Assembly: GCA_963743195.1 (NCBI GenBank)
Contig: CAVUOO010000003.1
Coordinates: forward strand, 747,771 to 811,770
Direction: 5' to 3'
DNA from: an uncultured Gemmatimonadales bacterium
Lineage (GTDB): Bacteria > Gemmatimonadota > Gemmatimonadetes > Gemmatimonadales > GWC2-71-9
Length of the DNA: 64,000 bases
Position numbers and translations under genes: made by a program
Notes under the pieces: generated by a model
Databases searched by the model: none
What the model was told of the DNA's origin: nothing
The model's input: only the letters and a program-made list of their open reading frames with translations
Shown here: positions 1 to 10,070 of the stretch, piece by piece
Position numbering within the stretch: position 1 is the first letter of the stretch
Layout of the letters: each line of letters starts with the position of its first letter

Positions 1-67
1 TCCGGACCGATCGCGCCAACCTCTACCGCCGCATGCGGCGGCTCGGACTCGACAAACGTGACGAGTG
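1..67 (+). CDS. 3' end of a transcriptional regulator (Fis-type HTH C-terminus, NtrC/sigma54-activator-like); 5' part outside window
   Basis: Frame 2 reads RTDRANLYRRMRRLGLDKRDE* with TGA at 65-67. The ANLYRRMRRLGL string is the typical recognition-helix pattern of Fis-family HTH domains that end NtrC-type activators. Confidence 0.5.
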
Positions 68-96
68 AACGGTTGCACTCCCGCCTCGAGAGCAGC

Positions 97-1824
97 ATGC
101 GCCTCTTTCTCGTCGGACTCGCGCTTTACCTCGTGCCCGCTGTTCGCGCTCAGGACAGTGTGATCGTCATCGACCCCGACGCGCCACCCGGCGATTCGAC
201 GGTGGTCCGTGGCGGCCCACCACCCGAGGTGATCACCGATCTCATCGCCGCATTCAATGACTCTGCAGCCACGCGGACCCAGGGGGACGTCACTTTCCCA
301 GAGGGAAGCAGCTTCAGCGGCCGGCTTGCCCATTTCCGAGGGTCGCTCAGGCTCGCCGGGCGAGTCGAAGGCCCTGTGACGGTCGTGAACGCCACCCTCT
401 ATCTCCTGCCGGGCGCCGAGGTGTACGGCGACATCCTGGTGGTCGGCGGCCGACTGATTCGGAGCGCCGGGGCGCGACACGAGGGGAACGAGCGCGTCTT
501 CTGGGATGCGGCGCCGGTCCTCCGCAGTGAGGACGGAACGCTGGTGCTTCGCGCCCCGCGCCGGCCCCTGGGCGACCTCGCCACCGCGCGGACGTCGTTT
601 CAAACCGGCCGAGTTCGAACGACGCTCTTTCTCGCGACCGGAGGCACCTACAACCGGATCGAGGGGGTTCCGATCGTCTTCGGGCCGCTGTTCGAGCTGC
701 GGCCCACGAAGAGCACCGTCGCGAGGGTCGACTTGCGCGGGACGCTCCGAACCGCGGGCGGAGGATCACGGCTCACCAGCGATTTCGGATATTCGCTGCG
801 TGGCGAGCTGCGCTCGCCTTTCGCCGGCATCGGGGGAAGGATCTACAGTGAGGTCTCCGCAATCGAGGACCAGCCGCTCTCCGCGGCCGAGAGTGGGTGG
901 TCCGCCTTTCTGCTTCAGCGCGATTACCACGACTATTTCGAGGCCATCGGCGCTGGGGGGTACGGCTGGATCCAACCGACACGGCCATTCCGGCTCGAGG
1001 TGTCGCTGCGACGGGATCACGAGCGCTCGCTGCGTGCCACCGATCCGTGGTCTCTGCTCCGGAACAGCGACCGGTGGCGCCGAAACCCACTCATCGATGA
1101 TGGCCACTACTTCATCACCGATGTCGACCTCTCCTTCGATACGCGCAACCAGCGGGACATGCCGAACACCGGCTGGTTCCTGCAGGCCCGATACGAGCAT
1201 GGCACGAGTGACGACATTACACCGGTGACACTGCCGGACGTCATCCGTCCCCGCGTACTGGTGAACGGGAAATACGCCTTCGACAGGTTGACGCTGGACC
1301 TCCGCCGCTACTCCCGACTCACCCCATCGCTTCGGGTGAATGGCCGCATCCGCGCGGACGGGTGGATCGGGGGCGACCGACTCCCGATTCAACGTCGAGT
1401 CTCACTCGGCGGACCCGATCTCCTTCCGGGATATGACTTCCGCGAGTTTACCTGCGCGCCACGCGGGTTCAACGACTCTTCGCAACCGGCGCTCTGCGAC
1501 CGCACGATCGTGGCGCAAGCGGAGGTGCGGACAAGGCTCGGCCTCGATCTCGGGTACCGCTTGCGAAGCCGCGAGGGAGAGTCGAACGGCCGATTCATCG
1601 GGATCGAAGAAGCCGATCTGGTCTTCCTCGGTGATTTCGGAAAGGGGTGGCTCGCCGGTGACGGCCCGGGGCAGGTGCCGGTCAACAGGATTCCGTCGCT
1701 CGACGAGTGGAAGGCCGACGTCGGAATCGGGCTCGATGCGGGAGAGATCGGCGCCTATCTCGCGAAGAGCTTGTCGGGTGGTGAGCCGGTCAAGTTCCTG
1801 GTCCGTCTTCAACGCCGCTTCTAG
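97..1824 (+). CDS. secreted outer-membrane beta-barrel protein (Omp85/surface-antigen-like C-terminal half) with bactofilin-like N-terminal repeats
   Basis: ORF 58..1824. ATG at 97 gives the signal peptide MRLFLVGLALYLVPAVRA/QD. N-terminal repeats GRVEGPVTVV, GDILVVGGRL. The C-terminal half has alternating beta-strand patterns, GGPDLLPGYDF, and the terminal ...LVRLQRRF aromatic end typical of OM barrels. Confidence 0.55.
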   Translation: MRLFLVGLALYLVPAVRAQDSVIVIDPDAPPGDSTVVRGGPPPEVITDLIAAFNDSAATRTQGDVTFPEGSSFSGRLAHFRGSLRLAGRVEGPVTVVNATLYLLPGAEVYGDILVVGGRLIRSAGARHEGNERVFWDAAPVLRSEDGTLVLRAPRRPLGDLATARTSFQTGRVRTTLFLATGGTYNRIEGVPIVFGPLFELRPTKSTVARVDLRGTLRTAGGGSRLTSDFGYSLRGELRSPFAGIGGRIYSEVSAIEDQPLSAAESGWSAFLLQRDYHDYFEAIGAGGYGWIQPTRPFRLEVSLRRDHERSLRATDPWSLLRNSDRWRRNPLIDDGHYFITDVDLSFDTRNQRDMPNTGWFLQARYEHGTSDDITPVTLPDVIRPRVLVNGKYAFDRLTLDLRRYSRLTPSLRVNGRIRADGWIGGDRLPIQRRVSLGGPDLLPGYDFREFTCAPRGFNDSSQPALCDRTIVAQAEVRTRLGLDLGYRLRSREGESNGRFIGIEEADLVFLGDFGKGWLAGDGPGQVPVNRIPSLDEWKADVGIGLDAGEIGAYLAKSLSGGEPVKFLVRLQRRF

Positions 1825-2504
1825 TGACCCACACCCCGAGTCACGTCCCCGGTGCGCGCCGCGCCTGGGCGGCGCTCGTCGCTCTGTCCCTGGGGGCGGC
1901 GGGTGTCCTCCCCGCGCAGCAACTGCCTCCCGTCCATCTCGAAATCAGGCTCACCTCACCAGCCGCGTCAGGCTCGAGGGCACCGATCGTCCAATCGAGG
2001 AACCTGCTCAGCGACGATCGCTGGGTGTCGGCGTTGCGATCGGGACTACCGGTACGATTGCACTATCGTCTCGAGGTGTGGCGGTCGCGCGAAGGGTGGT
2101 TCGACAACTTCGAGCGGCAGACCCAGTGGGACGTCGTGGTCCGGCATGAGCCACTGCTCGATCAGTACAGCCTGCTCACGATCATTGCCGGACGGGGGCA
2201 GGAGCGGCGCTATGCCACCATCGACGCACTCAGCGCTGCGCTGGGCTTCTCGTTCCAGGTGAACGTGAAGCCGACACAGTCGGGCCGCTACTACTACGCG
2301 ACGACGCTCGAGATCTCCACCCTCTCGGATTCAGATCTGGACGAGTTGCGACGGTTCCTGGAAGGCGATCCGGACGATGCCGGGGGGAAGGACAAGGTGG
2401 GAGACGTATTGGGCCGCGGAGCCACTCGCCTGCTGCTTCGTCTTGCGGGCTTGCCGACGTTGCGGCTGGAAGCAAGGAGCGAGGCGTTCGAGGTCAGGCC
2501 GTGA
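1824..2504 (+). CDS. DUF4390-like exported protein
   Basis: GTG at 1824 overlaps the upstream stop by 1 nt. Signal-like N-terminus AWAALVALSLGAAGVLPAQQ. The pattern LPVRLHYRLEVWRSREGWFDNFE...YYYATTLEISTLSDSDLDEL resembles the DUF4390 family as I recall it. Confidence 0.45.
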   Translation: MTHTPSHVPGARRAWAALVALSLGAAGVLPAQQLPPVHLEIRLTSPAASGSRAPIVQSRNLLSDDRWVSALRSGLPVRLHYRLEVWRSREGWFDNFERQTQWDVVVRHEPLLDQYSLLTIIAGRGQERRYATIDALSAALGFSFQVNVKPTQSGRYYYATTLEISTLSDSDLDELRRFLEGDPDDAGGKDKVGDVLGRGATRLLLRLAGLPTLRLEARSEAFEVRP

Positions 2505-3053
2505 CAGTGCCCCCGAGCGCGCGAAGGGCTTCTTCACCATAAAAAAGGCGAATGTACTTGGCCTGCGCGGCCGATAGGCGACGGACCGCCCAGGAGAGAT
2601 GCACGAAGTGCGGCTCGCGCGGCGCGAGCAGCGGATGCATTCCGCACTCCGTGGGCAAATGGTTCCCTTTTTCGTATTACAGGAGCTGCAGGCCGTCACG
2701 ACATTCGTCCAGTCGTTGTCGCCGCCGCGAGAGAGCGGGACGAGGTGGTCGCGGGTGAGGCATTCGCGGTGGCGCAAATCCGCCTGACCCCGGTGGCAGT
2801 ACTGGCAGCGGTACCCATCGCGGGCGAAGAGGAAGGTGTTGGTGACTTGGCGGCGGAAGCGGCGGGGAACGTGGACGAACTTCACGAGGCGGATGATTGC
2901 CGGTTTGGGAAGCGTCAGGCGTTCGCTGCGGACGCTTTCTCCCGCATCGGACTCGACGATCTCGGCCTTGCCCTCGATGACCAGACGGAGGGCACGACGG
3001 ACCGGCACCATGGTGAGCGGCTCGAAAGAGGCGTTCAACGCCAGGCAGCGCAC
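2494..3053 (-). pseudogene. HNH endonuclease, one frame change as assembled (deletion-like at the A5G3 run, plus-strand CCCTTTTT 2666-2673)
   Basis: GTG at 3053 preceded by GGAG. N-terminus RCLALNASFEPL and HNH core CQYC...DHLVPLSRGGDNDWTNVVTACSSCNTKKG lie in the frame of ORF 2331..3215. The conserved tail GNHLPTECGMHPLLAPREPHFVHLSWAVRRLSAAQAKYIRLFYGEEAL continues in another frame to TGA at 2494-2496. Corrected length is 187 codons. Confidence 0.75.
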
Positions 3054-3239
3054 GCTTTTCTCCGCAACGATCGAACAGTGGATGCACGAATCCCGCCTAG
3101 CCTGGCCTGCCTCGGGTCGGGCCCGACGGGAAGGGGCCGGCGACCACGGATCGTCATGTTCCCGCCGGCCTTCGAATCGTAATGCGGAAGCGTGCCGGAG
3201 GCCATACCCGATCACTTCTTGACCAACCCCTTTATGCGG

Positions 3240-3659
3240 TTACCGATTGCCTCTGCGCATCCGTTGGCTCCGGGTGATTACGAGGACGGTATCGTCACCG
3301 GCGATGGTCCCGATGATCTCCGCCCATCCCGCCTGATCGAGCGCCTCCGTAATCGCACCGGCCGACCCGCTCGCCGTCTTGAGAACGAGGAGCGGTCCGA
3401 CGCCGTCCACACTCACGAGAAGCGTCGGCAGAACCTGTGCCAGATCCGGACGCACTGCCGCCCGATGCGGGTGGGCGTAGTATGCTCCGCCCTGGGGGTC
3501 GGCGAGCTTGGCCAGTCCCAGCTCTCGAATGTCGCGTGACAAAGTGGCCTGCGTGACCACGACTCCCTCCGCCGCGAGCGCCTCGCGCAGCTCATCCTGA
3601 CTCTCGATCCGTCGATCCCGGACGACGCGCAAGATCACGGCGTGGCGCTGGATCTTCAT
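3240..3659 (-). CDS. argR: arginine repressor ArgR
   Basis: 139 aa. Winged-helix part QDELREALAAEGVVVTQATLSRDIRELGL and C-terminal oligomerisation/arginine-binding part GTIAGDDTVLVI. ATGA overlap with the upstream gene. Confidence 0.85.
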   Translation of the reverse strand: MKIQRHAVILRVVRDRRIESQDELREALAAEGVVVTQATLSRDIRELGLAKLADPQGGAYYAHPHRAAVRPDLAQVLPTLLVSVDGVGPLLVLKTASGSAGAITEALDQAGWAEIIGTIAGDDTVLVITRSQRMRRGNR

Positions 3660-4906
3660 ACCATCCGCTCGACTCGATGCACGTCTTCTCCTCCCACAAA
3701 GGTGGCGACGACATTCTTCGGCCCGCTATCGAGCACACGTGCCGCCGGATCGAGCCCGGCTGTCGAGGGAAGCGGGCGAATGACCGTACAATCACCCCAC
3801 TTTCCAGTCCGGAGACTGCCGACCTCGCCATCCATCCCGAGGGCGCGGGCAGCGGAGATCGTGCACAGCGCCAGCGCACCATCGGCATCGAGATCCGCCA
3901 GCGCTGCCGCGGCACGCGCCTCGGAGAGGAGATCGAGCGTCCCGACGCTGACGACCGAGTCGGTACCGACCCCGACGCGCAGTCCGGCTTCCATCAACGA
4001 CCGAAGGTCGGCGACGCCGTGCTTGTGCGCCCGATTGGACAGCGGACAATGTGCCACCGACGCGCCTGCCCGCACCAGAAGTCCGATGTCCGGCCGACTG
4101 ACCTGCACAAGATGAATGCACAGCGTACGATCGGACAGAACGCCGTGACAATCGAGCCACCCGACCGGTGTGAAACCGAGCGGTGAGGGCAGAGGGATCC
4201 CCCGCTCGAGCCAGGCTCGGGCGAACCCACCGCTGCCGCTGGCGAGCAACTCGGACTCCGCCGACGACTCAGCCACGTGTACGGCGATAGGTAATCCTTC
4301 CTCCCCCGCCAACACTGCCGTCGCCGAGAACAATGGCCCGCTTACGGTATAGGGTGCATGAGGAGACACACCGATCCGTACTCGACCGCCCACGTATGCA
4401 TCGAGAGTCTCCAACCGCCGGCGCAATCCCGCGAGACTCTCCACACATTGCGACGGATGCGGACCAAAGACCTCCTGATAGGCGATACCTGATCCGCCGA
4501 CTTCGTGTAAGGCCTGGATGACCGCCCCGGAATCACCGGTGTCGCCCACGGTCGTGACCCCCGCCGACCAACAATCCCTGATCCCTTGATGGGCCGCCGC
4601 AAGAAACTCCTCGGCGGGACGCTCGGCTTTTCTCCGACGCAGCCGCCGGATCCACGCGGGAAAGTCTTCGTCTGGCGCCCCTTCCGCTAGGCCGGTCAGT
4701 TCGAGGTGGGTATGTGTGTTGATCAGACCAGGGAGCAGAACGGCATCACCGAACGATTCGGCTACGACATCGGGCGGCCGCGGAACGGATCCATCGGGCC
4801 CGAGCGCTGCAATCTTCCCATCGGCTCCGATCAGCAGCGCCGCATGCTCGACTGGCGGGCCGTCGATTGGTAAGAGCCAGCGAGCCGCGAGCCGGCGCGC
4901 CGGCAC
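3656..4906 (-). CDS. amidohydrolase-superfamily deaminase/chlorohydrolase-like protein
   Basis: 416 aa. Metal-binding HxH (GLINTHTHLE), HVAES and GTDS motifs characteristic of the amidohydrolase fold. The substrate cannot be assigned from sequence alone. Confidence 0.7.
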   Translation of the reverse strand: MPARRLAARWLLPIDGPPVEHAALLIGADGKIAALGPDGSVPRPPDVVAESFGDAVLLPGLINTHTHLELTGLAEGAPDEDFPAWIRRLRRRKAERPAEEFLAAAHQGIRDCWSAGVTTVGDTGDSGAVIQALHEVGGSGIAYQEVFGPHPSQCVESLAGLRRRLETLDAYVGGRVRIGVSPHAPYTVSGPLFSATAVLAGEEGLPIAVHVAESSAESELLASGSGGFARAWLERGIPLPSPLGFTPVGWLDCHGVLSDRTLCIHLVQVSRPDIGLLVRAGASVAHCPLSNRAHKHGVADLRSLMEAGLRVGVGTDSVVSVGTLDLLSEARAAAALADLDADGALALCTISAARALGMDGEVGSLRTGKWGDCTVIRPLPSTAGLDPAARVLDSGPKNVVATFVGGEDVHRVERMV

Positions 4907-4908
4907 GG

Positions 4909-7181
4909 CTAGCGCTGAGTATTGGGTGCTGGACCGACCCCGCCCATGACTCCCGAGGTCGTTCCGGCGGCGGCACCCCTCTGGGGAGCAGGTGCACCTT
5001 GCGGCTGGCCCGGTGGGGCCGGTCCAGGCGAGGTCGCCGGCGCCGTACCGGTCATACCTGCCGTTCCCACCGCTCCGAACGGCGAGTGGATGGGACAGAA
5101 ATCCGTCGGCTCGGTGCCTGGGATGAACGATTCGATGTAGTGCACTTCCTTCGGACAGAATGGGGTTGCCTTGTAGCCGGTCGTCTTGTCAATGTCGAGC
5201 GCCGTGAGTCCGTCTGGTCTGGGCCAGGCGGCGGGTGCCGTTCGGCGCTCGTAGACCTCGCTCATCATCGCGGTCCACGCCGGCGCCGCCAGCGCGCCGC
5301 CCTGGGCGTTGGCCTTGATCTTCTGCGGCTGATCGAATCCGATCCAGACCCCGGTGACCAGGTCGGGGGTGAAGCCGATGAACCAGACGTCGAAACCGTC
5401 GTTGGTGGTGCCGGTCTTCCCGCCGGCCGGGAAGTTGATCCGGGCACCAACCGATCCGACGGCGGTCCCGTGGCGCACCACGTCGCGCAGCGCGTCGGTC
5501 ATCAGCCAGGCGTGGACCGTGTCCATCACCGGCACGGATCGGACGGCGGGCTGCCAGATGATGTTGCCGTTGCGGTCCTCGACCCGCAGGATGGCGTTCG
5601 GCAAGGTCCGAGTCCCCAGATTGGCGAACGTCGTGTAGGCCGAGATCATCTCGAGCGGGATGACGTCGGCCGAGCCGATGTGGATGGAGGGATACGGCGG
5701 GATGCGGGTGGTGATGCCGAACTTGGTGGCCTCGCTGATCACCGCGTCTTCGCCGATCTCCATGCCGAGCTTGACGGCGATGATGTTCCGCGACATGTAG
5801 AGCGCGCGGCGCAGCGTCATCGGGCCGTCGAACTTCAGGTCGTAGTTCTGCGGCGTCCAGGGCTCCTGCGTCGGGTCGATCTCGACGCTGAGCGGATCGT
5901 CCACCATCACATGGGAGAGCGGATATCCGGCCTCGATCGCGGCGGAGTAGACGATGGGCTTGAAGGTCGAGCCGGGCTGCCGCAGCGCCTGCGTGGCGCG
6001 GTTGAACTTGCTGTCGTCGAAGTCGCGCCCGCCGACCATCGCTCGAATGGACCCCGTCTTGGCCTCGAGCGTGACGACGAGGCCCTGGAGGTAGGGCGTC
6101 GTGACCTTGTCGCTGTTCTCGGGGGTATCGGCACGCGAATCCATGTACTGGCGATAGGTCTGGTGTGGGAATTTCCCGTCGGCGCCGCCTTCGATTGCCT
6201 CGAGCTCGCCTCCAGCGCCCGCTCGGCCGCCTGCTGCATGTCGAGGTCGAGCGTGGTGTAGATCCGGAATCCGACCCGATAGAGGTCGGAGCCGAAGCGG
6301 GCATCGAGCTGCTGCCGCACGTACTCGACGAAGTACTCCGCCACACCACTGAAGTCGGATCGGGACGAGAGCACCAGCGGATACGCCTTCCAGCGCTCGG
6401 TCTCCTCTGGTGTGAGGATGCCATTGTCGCGCATCAGGTCGAGGACGGTATTGCGGCGCTGGACGCTGAGGTTCGGGTTCCGTCGCGGATTGTAGCGGGA
6501 GGGCGCCTTGGGGATCGCCGCGAGCGTCGCGGCCTCGGCGACGTTCAGATCGCGGACCGATTTGCCGAAGTAGCGCTGCGCGGCCGACTCGACGCCGTAC
6601 GCGCGGTTGCCGAGGTCGATCTGATTGAGATAGAGCTCGAGGATCTTGTCCTTGGAATACTTGGCCTCGATCTCCAGCGCGACCTGGGCCTCGCGCATCT
6701 TCCGCCGCAGCGACTTGTCCCGGCCGCTGATGTCCTCGGGCCAGAGATTGCGCGCCAGCTGCATCGTGATGGTGGAGAAGCCCTCCGCCACCCGAAACTT
6801 GAAGATGTTGTTCTTGATGGCGCCGAAGACGCGGACCCAGTCGATGCCGTGGTGCTCGTAGAAGCGTTTGTCCTCGGTGGTGATGAAGGCCGCCCGAACG
6901 AACGGCGACATCTCCTCGAGCGGGACGACCGTCCGACGCTCGAGACCGAGATCGGTGATCAGCCGGCCGTCGGCGGCGTAGACCTTGGAGGCCTGGTCGG
7001 GATCGTAACCGCCCAGCTCGCCGATGGAGGGGCAGCTGTTGCCGGCACAGGCCCGGGTGTAGGCCGCGACGATGACCGCGACGCCGAACGCCAGAAGCGC
7101 GAGGAATCCGACCAGAATGTTGCGGCGGGCGCGGGGAGAAAATGCAACGCGCATGCGAGGGAGTTGGAGCCGGCGGGGCAT
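4909..7181 (-). pseudogene. mrcA: class A penicillin-binding protein PBP1A (glycosyltransferase + transpeptidase), one frame change as assembled near 6205-6212
   Basis: The N-terminal TM and GT51 motifs ([18 protein letters not shown]) are in ORF 5907..7181. The transpeptidase motifs STFKP, SRN and KTGTT are in the frame of ORF 4909..7209. The two read-throughs join at ...[11 protein letters not shown] / [13 protein letters not shown]. The shift is deletion-like, and the corrected length is 758 codons. Confidence 0.85.
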
Positions 7182-7235
7182 GGAGGCAAACTAGCCGGTT
7201 GCGAGGCACCTTTCCAGCGGGTACGATTTGCGCCT

Positions 7236-8496
7236 ATGACCGATCTTCTCGAGCTGCTCGACGCCCGTGGCTTCATCCAGGACGCCACCCCCGGCCTCGC
7301 CGAGCGACTGCGCCAGGGTCCCGTCACCGCCTACGTCGGCTTCGATCCCACGGCCGATTCGCTGCACGTCGGCAACCTGGTCCCGGTGATGGGGCTGGCC
7401 TGGCTGCAGCGGGACGGGCATACCCCCATCGCCCTGGTGGGCGGCGGCACCGGCATGGTCGGCGATCCGAGCGGAAAGCGCGCCGAACGGCCGGTCATGG
7501 AGCTCGCGCAGATCGACAGCAACGCCCAGAGCATCGGCCGACAGCTCTCGCGGTTCCTGTCGTTCGAAGGAGCCAACGCGGCCCGACTCCTCAACAACGC
7601 CGACTGGCTGCGCCACATCCGGCTGATGGAGTTCCTGCGCGACACCGGCAAGCACTTCACCATCAATTACATGCTGCAGAAGGAGTCGGTGCAAAGCCGC
7701 ATGGAGACCGGGATCTCCTACACCGAGTTCAGCTACATGCTGGTGCAGGCCTACGACTTCTGGCATCTCTTCCGGACCGAGGGCTGCGAGCTGCAGCTGG
7801 GCGGCAGCGATCAGTGGGGGAACATCACCGCAGGCAGTGATCTCGTGGACAAGCGTGAGCGGCGCGACGCGCACGGCCTGGTTTTCCCCCTCCTCACGAC
7901 GGCCACCGGCGCCAAGTTCGGCAAGAGCGGAGGCGGGCAACGTCTGGCTCGACCCGGAGAAGACGCGCCCGTACCACTTCTACCAGTTCTGGCTGAACAC
8001 CGACGACCGGGACGTCGAGCGGTACCTCAAGCTCTTCACGTTTCTCAGGCTCGACCGCATCGGGACGACGATGGAGCGGCACGTGCGCGACCCCGGAAAG
8101 CGCCTCGCGCAGAAGCTGCTGGCTCGCGAAGTCACCTCGATGGTCCATGGCGAGTCGATGGCGGAGCAGGCGAAGCAGACGAGCGAGGCGCTGTTCGCCG
8201 GCAAGGCGGGCACCGGCGAGGACGTGGTCGCGGAGATGCCGGAGCGGCGCGTCTCGCGCGCCCAAATGCCCGCCGGGCTCCACGTCGTCGACGTGTTGCT
8301 GGCGAGCGGCCTCGCCAGCTCCAAGGCCGACGCCAGGCGTGGGATCCAGGGGAAGGGGTTCTACCTCAACGGCCAGCCGATCGAGAGCGCCGACTTCGTC
8401 ATCGACGACTCTGCGCTGCAGGGGCCGGCCGACGCTCCCTTCATGATCCTCCGCAAGGGTAAGCGGAACTACGTCAGAGTGGTGGTCGAGCCCTAG
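7236..8496 (+). pseudogene. tyrS: tyrosine--tRNA ligase, one frame change as assembled (extra G in GGG 7935-7937)
   Basis: [13 protein letters not shown]..., HIGH-type motif DSLHVGNL and KMSKS-type motif KFGKSGGG are in the frame of ORF 6165..8462. [18 protein letters not shown] and the C-terminal S4 domain are in ORF 7837..8496. Removing one nt gives 420 codons. Confidence 0.9.
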
Positions 8497-8500
8497 GCGA

Positions 8501-10069
8501 TCACCACCGCGATCGCGACGTTCCCCGGGACGGCTTCCCGCCGAGCATCCCGAAGATCCCGCGAACCACCTCGCGCCCCACCGTCCGTCCAATGGTCGAC
8601 GACAACGCACCGATGATCGCGGCGCCGGCCACCTGGGCGACGGTCTTGCCGGCTCGGCCCGCTCCCGCTGGCACGGGGGCCTGCGCTGGCGCATTCGCCG
8701 TCTGCCCTGCGGGAGCCTGCGTGCGGGCCATGCGCGACGCCAGAATCTCGCGAGCGCTCTCCCGATCGACCGGCTGGCCGTACTCCTTCAGGAGATCACT
8801 CTGCCGAATGTCTGCTTGCAGCTCGTCCGGCGTCAGCGGGGCCATGCGCGAAGCGGGCGGGATGAGCCGGGTCGCCACGACAGGTGTCGGTGAACCATGA
8901 CCGTCGAGCACCGTCACGACCGCCTCTCCGATGCCGAGTGAGGTGAGCGTCTCCTCGAGATCGTAGAACTCTGTTTTCGGGAACGTGCGAATGGTGGCCT
9001 TGAGGGCCGCGTCATCGTCCGGAGTGTGGGCCCGGAGCGCATGCTGGATCCGGTTGCTGAGCTGCGCCAGCACATCCGTCGGAACATCTTTCGGCGTCTG
9101 TGTCACCATGTAGACACCGACGCCCTTGGAGCGAATCAGCCGCACGACTTGCTGAATCTGGTCGAGGAAAGCCTTGGGCGCGCCGTCGAAGAGGAGGTGT
9201 GCCTCGTCGAAGAAGAAGACGAGCTTGGGCTTCGGCAGGTCTCCCGCCTCGGGCAGGTTGTGGTACAGCTCGGCCAGCATCCACATCATGAAGGTCGAGA
9301 ACAGCATCGGCTTGTCCTGCACGTCCGGAAGCTCGAGACACGTCACGACGCCGCGGCCGTCCGAGGTGACGTGGAGCATGTCCTTCACGTCGAATTCCGG
9401 TTCGCCGAAGAATTTCTCCGCCCCCTGCGACTCCAGCTCCACGATGTTGCGAAGGAGCACGCCCACGGACGCTGTCGAAAGCCCGCCATACTGCGTGAGC
9501 TGGGTCTTCCCGGCATCCGAAGTCAGGTACTGGAGCACGGCACGCAGATCGGCAAGGTCGAGCAAGGGAAGCTGGTTGTCGTCGCAGTACTTGAAGACCA
9601 TCGTGAGAACGCTGGTCTGCGTCTCGTTCAACGCCAGCACCTTGCCGAGGAGGAGCGGGCCGAACGAGCTCACCGTCGCGCGGAGCTGCACGCCGAGTTC
9701 GCCCGTAAGGCTGACGAATTCGACCGGTGCACCCGCAGGCTTCCACGTCCAGCCGACCTCGGTGGCACGTCCGGTCACACGATCGTTCGCCTCGCCCGGC
9801 ATGGCGAGGCCGCTGAGGTCGCCTTTCATGTCGCCGACGAAGACGGGAATGCCCTGCGCCGAGAGCTGCTCCGTCAGCAACTGGAGCGTCTTCGTCTTCC
9901 CGGTCCCGGTCGCGCCGGCGATGAGCCCATGGCGATTCATCATGGCGAGTGGAATGCGGATCTTGGGTTCCTGATGCATTCCTTTGCCTTCCATGGCCGC
10001 GCCCAGCGTGACGGACGGGTCCGTGAAGCCATAGCCTGCAGCGAGCATCCCCTCGAAAGAACTTGGCAT
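8501..10069 (-). CDS. HerA-like P-loop ATPase, DUF853 (YjgR) family
   Basis: 522 aa. Walker A GATGTGKTKT, Walker B LVFFFDEAHLLF, and overall similarity to the E. coli YjgR-type layout. Confidence 0.75.
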   Translation of the reverse strand: MPSSFEGMLAAGYGFTDPSVTLGAAMEGKGMHQEPKIRIPLAMMNRHGLIAGATGTGKTKTLQLLTEQLSAQGIPVFVGDMKGDLSGLAMPGEANDRVTGRATEVGWTWKPAGAPVEFVSLTGELGVQLRATVSSFGPLLLGKVLALNETQTSVLTMVFKYCDDNQLPLLDLADLRAVLQYLTSDAGKTQLTQYGGLSTASVGVLLRNIVELESQGAEKFFGEPEFDVKDMLHVTSDGRGVVTCLELPDVQDKPMLFSTFMMWMLAELYHNLPEAGDLPKPKLVFFFDEAHLLFDGAPKAFLDQIQQVVRLIRSKGVGVYMVTQTPKDVPTDVLAQLSNRIQHALRAHTPDDDAALKATIRTFPKTEFYDLEETLTSLGIGEAVVTVLDGHGSPTPVVATRLIPPASRMAPLTPDELQADIRQSDLLKEYGQPVDRESAREILASRMARTQAPAGQTANAPAQAPVPAGAGRAGKTVAQVAGAAIIGALSSTIGRTVGREVVRGIFGMLGGKPSRGTSRSRW

Positions 10070-10070
10070 G

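Noticed and set aside
4867-6261. Long ORFs on the strand opposite to well-supported genes, e.g. 4867..6261 +, 9026..10186 +, 31305..32663 -, 36012..37454 -, 51344..53317 +, 62886..63878 -.
   Set aside because: These are typical GC-rich shadow ORFs. They are Arg/Gly/Pro/Asp-rich with no recognisable motifs, and each is fully covered by a motif-supported gene on the other strand.
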